Shown: piece after piece, positions 8,710 to 17,543 of the stretch
Layout: the number at the start of each line of letters is the position of its first letter
How positions within the stretch are numbered: the first letter of the stretch is position 1
NCBI GenBank assembly: GCA_903936565.1
Contig: CAIZVZ010000001.1
Coordinates: forward strand, 29,401 to 93,400
Reading direction: 5' to 3'
DNA from: an uncultured bacterium
Lineage (GTDB): Bacteria > Patescibacteriota > Minisyncoccia > Phycocordibacterales > CAIZLB01
Length of the DNA stretch: 64,000 nt
Notes under the pieces: model-generated
The model's database searches: none
Told to the model about the DNA's origin: nothing
What the model saw: only the letters and a program-made list of their open reading frames with translations
Position numbers and translations under genes: made by a program

Positions 8710-9969
8710 TCAACCGCCCGGTTTATTCAGACGGTAAAATTGCTGAGCTGGTACGGAACCAGGTTGGCCGATAATCACGTACGCCATGTCACCCAGCGTT
8801 GAGGTGTAGAGGTATCCGTTGGCTTCCGCCACCAAAATCCTCTTCCCATCACCAGACATGGTCGCTGAGACAAAACGATACTGGTCGAAAGCACCAGAAC
8901 TGAGACACCCCGTTTTCATGGAATCCTCGGATGTGAAAATCCGACTTCTCCAGTCACCCAGGGCAACAATCTTGGTACAAGTCATATCGCTTGAGATGGA
9001 AGCCATTCCTTGTGCACCAGACGCTGAGGTTTGACTCCAGTTTGTTCCGCTGTCCATCGACATCCAGATCTCACCCCAGTGGGTAATCGAGATCAGTTTA
9101 CTTCCATCCGACGAGGATACTGCCGAAAGCCAGACATAGCTATTGCTGTAGTCCGTACCGTTAACAACTCCGTCGAGTGGATTTGGGATTCGAATCCATG
9201 TAGCACCACCGTCAGTTGATCGATACCTAGAACCACCGTTCACGAGCGCAAGCAACTTGAGCCCAGTTGAATCGGACGCGACTGCCGTCCAATTACGCAT
9301 ACCTGCGGCGGTACATGCTATCCACGACACACCTGAGTCCGTCGAGGTATAAATGTAGCCGTTTTGAACCGCTCCCGCCAGCCTCGTACCATCTGAGGAT
9401 GATGCGATTGCCACCCAGTTACGAGTAGTGTCAGATGTCCTTTGCATCCAAGTGAGACCAGCGTCAGTAGAGGTGTAAATATATCCGTACTTCACACCTG
9501 CCGCCAACTTGTTGCCACCTGCGCTTGTCGTAATACAACTCCATGCTCTTACTCCAGAAGCGACCGATTCCATCCACGTAGCACCGCTATCAGCGGATGT
9601 GCGGATGTTGGCATTAGTCGCGATAGCAACCAGCCTGGAGCCATCAAATGAAGAAGCTGTACCGACCCATGGTCGCTTAGCATCTGTCAGATGTGGAGTC
9701 AGAGCGGGGCCAGAAGCCGTACTAACATGATGCCAACCAGCCAAGTCAGCCGACTTTTCAACATCATAGTAACCGAGGGGTTTGGAAACCCATCTCAGCA
9801 CTGCGGGTGTCGTATCTGTTGCTGGCGAATAGGCCACCCCTTGCTGACCGATAACTTGCCCATGAGACAGTGAGCTTGCGCCCATCAACCCAAGTAGCGT
9901 CATCAAAGTCGCCAAGGCAAACCTTGCGAATCTCGTTGCAGGTCTTCCCTGCTTTGTATTTGTTTTCAT
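8710..9969 (-). CDS. secreted BNR/Asp-box repeat beta-propeller protein (sialidase/Ycf48-like fold)
   Basis: Signal peptide; at least five Asp-box motifs SxDxGxTW (YTSTDAGLTW, YTSTDSGVSW, RSTDGGATW, TSADSGATW, SMDSGTNW); GC-rich; TGA stop. Confidence 0.7.
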   Translation of the reverse strand: MKTNTKQGRPATRFARFALATLMTLLGLMGASSLSHGQVIGQQGVAYSPATDTTPAVLRWVSKPLGYYDVEKSADLAGWHHVSTASGPALTPHLTDAKRPWVGTASSFDGSRLVAIATNANIRTSADSGATWMESVASGVRAWSCITTSAGGNKLAAGVKYGYIYTSTDAGLTWMQRTSDTTRNWVAIASSSDGTRLAGAVQNGYIYTSTDSGVSWIACTAAGMRNWTAVASDSTGLKLLALVNGGSRYRSTDGGATWIRIPNPLDGVVNGTDYSNSYVWLSAVSSSDGSKLISITHWGEIWMSMDSGTNWSQTSASGAQGMASISSDMTCTKIVALGDWRSRIFTSEDSMKTGCLSSGAFDQYRFVSATMSGDGKRILVAEANGYLYTSTLGDMAYVIIGQPGSVPAQQFYRLNKPGG

Positions 9970-10048
9970 CGTTGTTCTTTTTCTTTCTGTGGTTTGATCA
10001 ATTTCAGTTTGATTTTTATTTTACACCTAAGCCCGTTAGACCTAGCGC

Positions 10049-11374
10049 TTGATTTCAGAGTGGACAGAAAGTCCGAAAATAAGAATACATCAAATTTGCA
10101 AAATGTCACCCCTAACCTTGACCCATCACCTTAACCTATGTTATAAAAAATATATGACTAATTTATCTAATGTGTCCGCCAGTGTCGGTCTTATCCCCCA
10201 CCAAATAATATCAACCTTCCTTTCAGTATCAATGAAGGATGTTTTTGATATGGTAATAGTGGCAATTTGTATATATCTTGTCCTAATCTTCATAAAGCAA
10301 ACAAAATCAACATTTATACTAATCGCCACCGTTGTTCTATTTAGCATAAACTTCATTTCCCAGGAATTTGACCTCGCACTAACTAGAAGAATTTTTGAAC
10401 CCCTACTCACCTTCTTTATCGCAATCTTCATTATTGTTTTTCAACCTGAGATTAGAAAGTTCTTCAAATGGATTAGTGCTGGAAGAAAGACAACTTTTGC
10501 AAAAGCCCTTTCACTTCCTGAAGAAAACGCTGAGACAATTGTAAGGTCAGTTTTTGAGATGGCAAAGAAACGCGTTGGCGCAATTATCGTTCTACCTGGT
10601 CAATACCCCCTTGATGACTTAATTGAAGGAGGTTTTCCTCTGGATGGTAAGATATCAATGCCCTTAATATTAAGTATTTTTGATTCATCTTCTCCTGGGC
10701 ACGACGGCGCTGTTTTAATCGAAGGTTCTAGAATAAAAATGTTTGGACTACACCTACCACTTGCTCGTGAGTTTTCAGAATACAGTAGAGTTGGAACAAG
10801 ACATCGTGCAACTGCCGGCATCACAGAAAAAACAGACGCTCTTGCAATCGCAGTATCTGAAGAGCGTGGTGAAGTTTCAATTTCTCAAGGCGGTAAATTA
10901 ACAAAAGTTAACACACCAGAGGAGCTGGCAACTGTGATTCAAAAATTTATGGATACAGAAAGTGATGCATCTGACAGCACCAAGAGTCTTAGCCACTATT
11001 TTCTAGTTAAAAATAGTTACACAAAAATTGCCGCGATATTACTCTCAATAATTTTCTGGTTCTTCCTCATTCACGCAGCTGGAATTGTTAAAAGCACCTA
11101 CACAATTCCTGTTGAATTCAAATATCTAAAGGATGACAAAACAATCAGCGCTGATTCAAAAAGTACAATAAAGGTTACTGTAACTGGAAACAACAAGGAT
11201 ATCGCAGGATTAAAACCAGAGGATATTCATGCTGTGATTGATGCAAGTAATTTTAAGATTGGTGAAAATGATTTAGAAATAAATCAAAGTAATATCAAGC
11301 TACCTTCGTATATTGAGCTGGATTCTTTTACACCAAAGACCTTAGAGATTAGCACAAAAGCAATCGTGAATTAA
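10049..11374 (+). CDS. cdaA: diadenylate cyclase CdaA fused to a C-terminal YbbR/CdaR-like domain (true start possibly downstream, e.g. ~10154 or ~10232)
   Basis: Three N-terminal TM helices, DAC domain motifs DGAVLIEG...LGTRHRATAGITEKTDALAIAVSEERGEVS, then a further TM and a YbbR-like beta-rich domain (TIKVTVTGNNKDIAGLKPEDIHAVIDAS...). Confidence 0.75.
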   Translation: MISEWTESPKIRIHQICKMSPLTLTHHLNLCYKKYMTNLSNVSASVGLIPHQIISTFLSVSMKDVFDMVIVAICIYLVLIFIKQTKSTFILIATVVLFSINFISQEFDLALTRRIFEPLLTFFIAIFIIVFQPEIRKFFKWISAGRKTTFAKALSLPEENAETIVRSVFEMAKKRVGAIIVLPGQYPLDDLIEGGFPLDGKISMPLILSIFDSSSPGHDGAVLIEGSRIKMFGLHLPLAREFSEYSRVGTRHRATAGITEKTDALAIAVSEERGEVSISQGGKLTKVNTPEELATVIQKFMDTESDASDSTKSLSHYFLVKNSYTKIAAILLSIIFWFFLIHAAGIVKSTYTIPVEFKYLKDDKTISADSKSTIKVTVTGNNKDIAGLKPEDIHAVIDASNFKIGENDLEINQSNIKLPSYIELDSFTPKTLEISTKAIVN

Positions 11375-12978
11375 AGCGGAAGATGATCTCCGTCCCCCAT
11401 AAAAATGGTCTTATTCTCACTCGTCATATTCTTCATGAATTTATTGATCCGCTCGTCAATCATTATGTGACGTCTAATCAAAGGTGTTTTCAAAATCATA
11501 CCTTCTAGACTTCTGCATCTACTAAGCGCAACGTAAGCTTGACCATGCGTAAATGTTCCTCTACCAAAGTCAACTATCACATTATTGTATGTCTTACCCT
11601 GCCCCTTATGAATTGTAATCGCCCAAGCGAGCCTGATTGGAAATTGTGCAAATGTTCCAACAACATCCGTGTCAACTGAGTCAAAATCTTTATCATATGA
11701 AAATTTAACCATCTCCCAAGTATATTTTGGAACGAGCGCCTCTGTCCCATTCTCAAGTCTCACATAAATTTCTTGCTTATATTCATTTATTTTTGTCACC
11801 GTTCCCAAATCGCCATTAACCCACCTCCCCTCTTTGTCATTATTGAGCATCATGATTCTAGCGTTCTCCTTAAGCGCCAAATCCTCATTGGTTGGTAAAT
11901 TTCTTTCAAACATTCCGCTTTTCTTGCCTTTAAAAATTATTTTATTTGTTTCAAGTTCATTCAATTTTCCATTATTAATTGCATCCGCCATGGCGTTTGT
12001 TGTAACTAGAAAAATATAATCATTGAATATTGAAGGATCTAGATTATCATCCGCAGGGTCTTGATGTCTTTTATTTAACAAATCTAAATGTGAATCTCTA
12101 ATATTTCCACTTCTTATGCCTTCCAAAATATCTATAAATTTACTATCGTCCTGTCTGTAAATTTTATTCAATTCAATTAATTTAAAATCAGCATCAACAA
12201 AAACTTTTGAGTCAAAAAAGTACGGGCTTTTGTAATATGATGAAAACATTTCCTCTTCATAACTTGTCACGACCGGTGGAAGTTGAAACAAATCCCCTAC
12301 CGCTATAATTTGCACACCACCAAATGGCAGATTTTTATTTTTTCCATTTAGACGCATGAACATGTCTACGCAATCAAGCAAATCTGCCCTAACCATTGAA
12401 ATCTCATCGATGATTATGGAATCTAAGTTTTTGTAAATTGCAGTGCTTCCTGTTGCTTTTTTTATTGAGACAGGGCTGACGTTTATTCCAAATTTAAAGA
12501 AAGAGTGAATTGTCTGTCCGCCAATGTTCACAGCTGAAACTCCAGTTGGTGCAAGAATCACAACTTTCTTTTTTGTGTTTTCTTTGAAGTATCGGAGGAG
12601 TGTCGTCTTTCCTGTTCCCGCCTTTCCTGTTAAAAAAATATTTTGTGACGTGCTCTCCATCGAGTTCAGAGCCATTAGTGTCTCATCGCTCAATTCAATT
12701 TTTTCTCCATTTATATAAAAACCATCTTTTTTTGATGCACCATTTACGCCATCACCCACTCCGCTCGCTTCAGCCTTTTCTCTTTCAATTTTAGCCAAAG
12801 TCTTTTTAAAAGTCTCCGTTTTTGATGGGCCAGTTTTTTTCTTAGCGCCACCTGTGCCGCCAGTATATTTTTTAAATTTAGAATATGAGGAAAATGCCAT
12901 AGCTAGAATTATATCACACAGAAGCACAAGCCTACTCTTAAAATTTCCAAAAAGTAGTTTATAAATAATTATTAACAT
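11371..12978 (-). CDS. Pif1-family (RecD-like SF1B) ATP-dependent DNA helicase (start probably at internal MAFSS, ~12900)
   Basis: Walker A LTGKAGTGKTTLL, APTGVSAVNIGGQTIHSFF, C-terminal TIHKGQGKTY...GQAYVALSRCRSLEGM typical of Pif1. Confidence 0.8.
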   Translation of the reverse strand: MLIIIYKLLFGNFKSRLVLLCDIILAMAFSSYSKFKKYTGGTGGAKKKTGPSKTETFKKTLAKIEREKAEASGVGDGVNGASKKDGFYINGEKIELSDETLMALNSMESTSQNIFLTGKAGTGKTTLLRYFKENTKKKVVILAPTGVSAVNIGGQTIHSFFKFGINVSPVSIKKATGSTAIYKNLDSIIIDEISMVRADLLDCVDMFMRLNGKNKNLPFGGVQIIAVGDLFQLPPVVTSYEEEMFSSYYKSPYFFDSKVFVDADFKLIELNKIYRQDDSKFIDILEGIRSGNIRDSHLDLLNKRHQDPADDNLDPSIFNDYIFLVTTNAMADAINNGKLNELETNKIIFKGKKSGMFERNLPTNEDLALKENARIMMLNNDKEGRWVNGDLGTVTKINEYKQEIYVRLENGTEALVPKYTWEMVKFSYDKDFDSVDTDVVGTFAQFPIRLAWAITIHKGQGKTYNNVIVDFGRGTFTHGQAYVALSRCRSLEGMILKTPLIRRHIMIDERINKFMKNMTSENKTIFMGDGDHLPL

Positions 12979-13062
12979 GAAAAATGAACAACAAAAATGG
13001 CGCGCTCATAAAGTACTATACCCCGTACTTAATGAGCGCGCCGACAAGTGACGCAGTGGAGA

Positions 13063-13503
13063 CTATGACACGGCAACAGCAGGTGGAGGTGGAAATGGGA
13101 TAGGATCCATATCACCCTCCGTCCACGGAGGAAGATCCGGCACATCTGTCGAATCACCAACGGCCGCAACACCAGAATCAGGATTCGACAAGTCCACACC
13201 CACGAGCAAGCTCTTGAAGTGTACCCGTTCAATTTTGCTGTATTTCCAGCGGATTTTAAGCATTTTGGCTTTCGCCTCCAACTTATCCACGGTTTTCAGG
13301 CCGAAGCCCTTTAGAACCAGCAAGGCTTCCGTGCCCAGCCGTCCAAGGTCTTTCAAGGTCTTCAATTGTTTCGATCCGCTCCGCCGGTTATTACACAGAC
13401 GGATACCCTCGATAGCCCTCTTGCTCAGGCCTAAGGTGGCGATGTCGAGGTTTCTGTTGATTGGGGCAGTTTTTCTCGCTTTTCTCTTTGATTTCATTGA
13501 CAA
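13063..13503 (-). CDS. stand-alone RNA polymerase alpha-subunit C-terminal-domain-like (HhH) protein, GC-rich
   Basis: LDIATLGLSKRAIEGIRLCNNRR...LKTLKDLGRLGTEALLVLKGFGLKTVDKL resembles alpha-CTD helix-hairpin-helix; Pro-rich tail; GC well above background. Confidence 0.45.
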   Translation of the reverse strand: MSMKSKRKARKTAPINRNLDIATLGLSKRAIEGIRLCNNRRSGSKQLKTLKDLGRLGTEALLVLKGFGLKTVDKLEAKAKMLKIRWKYSKIERVHFKSLLVGVDLSNPDSGVAAVGDSTDVPDLPPWTEGDMDPIPFPPPPAVAVS

Positions 13504-13665
13504 ATATTCCTCAGTTCGTTGTTTTAGGTGCTCTTCCTGGCGCGTCCAGCACTAGGGATTGCCGACGTGAATCATAAAACTTAATCAAATATATGTCAAT
13601 GATATATCAGTCAGTAAACTTCTCGATTCATGTATGTAAATAACTTTCAGATTTAATATAAAAAA

Positions 13666-13700
13666 TGTTGGCACCGAACTCTTCACGAGCTCGGTGCCAG
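13666..13700 (-). terminator. hairpin (ggcaccgaact...agctcggtgcc) plus T-tract on minus strand, downstream of lipoprotein gene; a second short hairpin ggcagt-attt-gactgcc follows at 13704-13720
   Basis: 10/11-bp stem read directly, T-run on minus strand. Confidence 0.4.
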
Positions 13701-13731
13701 ATGGCAGTATTTGACTGCCGGCAGTTTGGCC

Positions 13732-14226
13732 TTACTTCACTCCAGCAACCAAGCGGGGTGAACCAATGTGGTCATCGTAGGTGGTAGCGTTATGGTTCCC
13801 GATCTGCGCCAAGGTATTGCTACCTAAGTTGGAAGGCGGAAGGTCCAGGGTGCCAAAGTCGACCCAATAGGTCTCGCCCGCCTTGAAGTTCCCACTCACC
13901 AAGATCGGCTTCAGCGAACAAACCATCACCTGCGGATTGACGTGGTCCAACTTGGCCAACTCACAGGTGAGTGTGTGCTCACCAGGAGTGAGGAATGCGA
14001 TCCTCGACCCTGCCACCTTTTTGCCGACCTTCTTGCCGTCGATTTCACGAACAGCGATGGCCATCGAGCCCTTGAGGTTGCCACCCCTCGCGGTAACGAG
14101 CTTGATCTGCGCCATTTTCGTGGCGTCTGCGGTCCCCAGTCCTCCGATTGGCGTGCACGACGGCAAAGCCGGCAAAGCAATAGTGAGGATAATAAGGGCG
14201 AATTTCTTTAGTAGTGTTGCTTTCAA
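13732..14226 (-). CDS. lipoprotein, hypothetical (apparent TTG start), GC-rich
   Basis: Signal peptide with lipobox-like ALPSC; elevated GC. Confidence 0.5.
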   Translation of the reverse strand: MKATLLKKFALIILTIALPALPSCTPIGGLGTADATKMAQIKLVTARGGNLKGSMAIAVREIDGKKVGKKVAGSRIAFLTPGEHTLTCELAKLDHVNPQVMVCSLKPILVSGNFKAGETYWVDFGTLDLPPSNLGSNTLAQIGNHNATTYDDHIGSPRLVAGVK

Positions 14227-14406
14227 GTTTCAGTTCTATCAATTGGATTGTTTGGATTAAAAATCAACCACACGGTGTCGAAATCTATCCGAAAAACATG
14301 ATACCACCTAATCGGCATATTGTCAATTTGCAGTCACAAGTCTAATTTACGAATAACCTCATAACTGCTTATGATATAATTATAAAATTAGAACTAACCA
14401 AAAACC

Positions 14407-15273
14407 ATGCCTCAAGAAAATATAAGTATAGGTAAATTTAATGCTAGTGTAATTATAGTTAAAGAATCTTGGAATGTCTTAAAAAAGGACAAGGAAATAA
14501 TGTGGTTCCCTGTTTTATCCGGTTTTCTAACACTAATAGTGGTAGCAGCAATGGCCACCTTTTTCTATTTTACACTTCTTGGCGGTAGTACAACTGAATT
14601 CAAAATTGACGAGGCGATGGAGATCAATAACATTGTTATGTACACAACAATGTTTGCCTACTACTTAATAATATTCTTCATTGTTAATTTCTTTCAATCA
14701 GCACTTTTCATAATTGTTCAAGGCCGTTTTGCTGGTCAAGATCTAAATTTCAATGACGGAATACAAGGTGCTGGAAAATATATTGGAAAGATATTTGTCT
14801 GGTCTCTTATTTCAGCCACAGTAGGTTTAATTTTAAAAATAATTTCAGATAATTTCAAGGTTATTGGAAAAGTTGTTGCCGGCATATTCGGTGCTGCATG
14901 GGAAATACTCACCTACTTTAGTCTTCCCGCTCTAGTAATTGGAAACCTAAGTATCAAAGACTCATTCAAAGAATCGGCAGCTATCATTAAAAAAACTTGG
15001 GGAGAAACATTGATAGTGAGTTTTGGAGTGGGACTATTCTTTGTTGCTGTAGTTCTTCTTGCGATTGTAATATCAATAGGAATAATAATGCTAGCTCCGA
15101 CAACATATGTAATAATTTTGGTGTCCACTATATTTGTAATTTTCTATATTGCAATGATACTTCTTGCAACAACACTAAGCTCAATCTATAAATTAGCATT
15201 GTTTAATTACGCCAGAACAGGAAATATTCCACAGGGATTTTCAGAGTATATCATCAAGGATGCAATAAAATAA
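14407..15273 (+). CDS. polytopic integral membrane protein, hypothetical
   Basis: 288 aa with ~6 hydrophobic helices; no catalytic motif recognised. Confidence 0.55.
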   Translation: MPQENISIGKFNASVIIVKESWNVLKKDKEIMWFPVLSGFLTLIVVAAMATFFYFTLLGGSTTEFKIDEAMEINNIVMYTTMFAYYLIIFFIVNFFQSALFIIVQGRFAGQDLNFNDGIQGAGKYIGKIFVWSLISATVGLILKIISDNFKVIGKVVAGIFGAAWEILTYFSLPALVIGNLSIKDSFKESAAIIKKTWGETLIVSFGVGLFFVAVVLLAIVISIGIIMLAPTTYVIILVSTIFVIFYIAMILLATTLSSIYKLALFNYARTGNIPQGFSEYIIKDAIK

Positions 15274-15384
15274 TACACCGCCTGATTTTACCAACAGAAA
15301 AACCCCACCTACTCTTGGCAAAAAAGCGGTATGGCTTTCTGTTGGAGTTTTTGGTTGGGGTAGTTTGAGTGTTTTAAGTGAAGC

Positions 15385-15606
15385 TCAGATTGTTTTTTCA
15401 AGACTTCTGAGCAAGGCATTAGGGTCAATGAAACGTGCACGAACGTCCAAGAATCCACCTCTACCTAAATTTTCAGGGGGAATTTCAAGTACGTCTTTTT
15501 TTCTCTTATGTTCGCGTATGCGGTTCCAATAATGGAGCCTAACATCATTAAGTGCCTGACTGTTGGCATCTACGCCGGACTTACCAGTATTACTACTTTT
15601 ACTCAT
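15385..15606 (-). CDS. small hypothetical protein
   Basis: 73-aa ORF, basic, no motif. Confidence 0.25.
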   Translation of the reverse strand: MSKSSNTGKSGVDANSQALNDVRLHYWNRIREHKRKKDVLEIPPENLGRGGFLDVRARFIDPNALLRSLEKTI

Positions 15607-15769
15607 GTCGAATTATGGTTGTGGTTTATTCTTTCTTAATTAATAACTTCATCTTTCAATATACTTCAACAAATATCCTCAAAGATGTAGTCAAATTTAG
15701 AAGCCACTTTAGAAGGAACTATTACATCACGATATTATCATATTGTATAGAGCTGTCAATATACATTGA

Positions 15770-15810
15770 AAAAATAACCAAAAGTAAGGGGCCTCCATTG
15801 CAGGAGGCCC
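15770..15810 (-). terminator. rho-independent terminator (gggcctcc-attgca-ggaggccc with T-tract on minus) downstream of 16009..16338
   Basis: Perfect 8-bp GC stem, T-rich run on minus strand. Confidence 0.45.
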
Positions 15811-16008
15811 GATTTAATTTGTGCGGCCGTACGCTATCGGTGGTTTTCTCCACACGGTTTCTTGAGTTGTCTCTCTGCAAGTTATTTGATGTCACGCCTT
15901 TCTTGCTGGCGCTACTTTGACTATCTCATTTTGTACCTTCCTTCAATTGAACTGATTCAAAGTGAAACTCTCAACTTACGTTGAGCACTTTGATATTGCT
16001 GGTGGTTA

Positions 16009-16338
16009 TTAGTTTTTATGCACCGAACAAATGTTTTCGATCATCGCCACAACCGTGGCGAGACATAGGATGCTTTGGATCAGCAGGATCTCTGCTGGCA
16101 CCACGAGGGTGCACATCAAGATATTGCGGGTGGACCAAAGGCAACGGCCTCCGTCAACTCCATGATAGAACATGGGGAATTTGATGGAGGACCGGAGGAT
16201 AAGACCAATCCAAAGATAGAAAGCGAAGATTATCGGTAGGTAAATTACCCACACGGCGGCGGTGTGTGTCCACGTCGCGTGGACACCATCAGGATTCAGA
16301 TTCATACTTAATGGGGGTTGGTGTGTTCTGCAGTCCAC
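16009..16338 (-). CDS. small membrane protein (~3 TM), GC-rich islet
   Basis: 109 aa, hydrophobic helices, GC higher than flanks, own terminator. Confidence 0.4.
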   Translation of the reverse strand: MDCRTHQPPLSMNLNPDGVHATWTHTAAVWVIYLPIIFAFYLWIGLILRSSIKFPMFYHGVDGGRCLWSTRNILMCTLVVPAEILLIQSILCLATVVAMIENICSVHKN

Positions 16339-16568
16339 GTGACTGCATTTTTCAAGATACTTAGAGAATATATCCTAAAAAATGCAGTCACAAGACAGTC
16401 CATTTAAAGGTTCAATTACAATATCAATTATACCATAGCTTTACTCTATGTCAATGCTTATATAAAAACAAACATAATCTTATGTCCAAAAACTTAAGCG
16501 CCAAATACTAATCTCCAGATATTAGCTATCATTTTCCCCTATCTTTGCTAAAATATTTAGTATAAATT

Positions 16569-17498
16569 ATGAAAAAGCTGATTGAAATTATTTTTCTCAT
16601 TGCAATTATTATTCTAGGAATCACCCAGAAAGATTACCTGGTAAACACCTGGCAACGAGCCTTTCAACAATATTTTCCATGTAAACAGCCAATCTATTAC
16701 AGCATAGGAACATTCGATACCCGATTTGGAATATCAAAGGAAAAATTCATAAACGACCTCGCTTCAGCTGAAAAGATCTGGGAAGATCCTACTGGCATCA
16801 ATCTATTCGAATATTCTCCTAATGGAAATTTAAAAATTAATTTAATATACGACTCTCGACAGCTAACCACAGATGAACTTAGTAGCATGAACTCAACGCT
16901 TGATAACGGTAGAGAGACTTACGATAGGTTATCAACTGAATACAAACAACAGCTAGCTCTACATAATCAAAAAAATTCAGATTTTGAGTCAAGGCTTACA
17001 AATTTCAATGCGAGAAGAAAAGGCTACGAAACAGAGGTTGCGATGTACAATAGACAAGGTTCCGTAAGTACTGAAACTAAAAGTCGTCTAAACAATGAGA
17101 GGGATTATCTTAATACAGAATCTTCATCAATAAATCAATTGCAATCCGAATTGAATGATGAAGTAACAAAACTGAACGCAATGGTTGCCAACATAAATAA
17201 AAGCGCAAACAATCTAAACGCTGGCGTGAATCAATACAATACAATCAGTGCACCACTCGCAGAAGGTTTCAATGAAGGATTATACAAAAGTGATTCCAAA
17301 GGACAACAAATTGATGTGTATCAATTTAGCGATGATACAAAGTTAATCAGGGTTTTAGCACACGAATTAGGCCACGCCGTTGGACTAGAACACGTTGACG
17401 ATTCAGAAGCAATCATGCACAGACTAAACACAAGTATAAATATGAAAGCAACAGAAAGCGATTTAAATGAGATAAAACTGGTCTGTAGAACAAAATAA
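16569..17498 (+). CDS. membrane-anchored zinc metalloprotease, metzincin/matrixin-like, with central coiled-coil
   Basis: N-terminal TM; C-terminal HELGHAVGLEH (HExxHxxGxxH) followed by Met-turn-like AIMH. Confidence 0.62.
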   Translation: MKKLIEIIFLIAIIILGITQKDYLVNTWQRAFQQYFPCKQPIYYSIGTFDTRFGISKEKFINDLASAEKIWEDPTGINLFEYSPNGNLKINLIYDSRQLTTDELSSMNSTLDNGRETYDRLSTEYKQQLALHNQKNSDFESRLTNFNARRKGYETEVAMYNRQGSVSTETKSRLNNERDYLNTESSSINQLQSELNDEVTKLNAMVANINKSANNLNAGVNQYNTISAPLAEGFNEGLYKSDSKGQQIDVYQFSDDTKLIRVLAHELGHAVGLEHVDDSEAIMHRLNTSINMKATESDLNEIKLVCRTK

Positions 17499-17504
17499 TT
17501 CAAG

Positions 17505-17540
17505 ACAAAAACCCGCCAATTCACTAGCGGGTTTTTTCAA
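17505..17540. terminator. bidirectional rho-independent terminator (acccgc-caattcacta-gcgggt, A-run before, T-run after) between convergent genes
   Basis: Read directly; sits between stop of 16569..17498(+) and stop of 17544..19484(-). Confidence 0.55.
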
Positions 17541-17543
17541 TTT

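Noticed and set aside
8128-10052. Numerous 60-100-aa ORFs on the plus strand across the GC-rich island
   Set aside because: GC-rich DNA generates long spurious antisense ORFs; the minus-strand genes have signal peptides and Asp-box motifs, these do not.
15552-15920. 122-aa plus-strand ORF spanning the terminator hairpin at 15789-15810
   Set aside because: Crosses a strong GC hairpin and an obvious intergenic region, with a Tyr/Phe/Ile-rich low-complexity translation; more likely non-coding.
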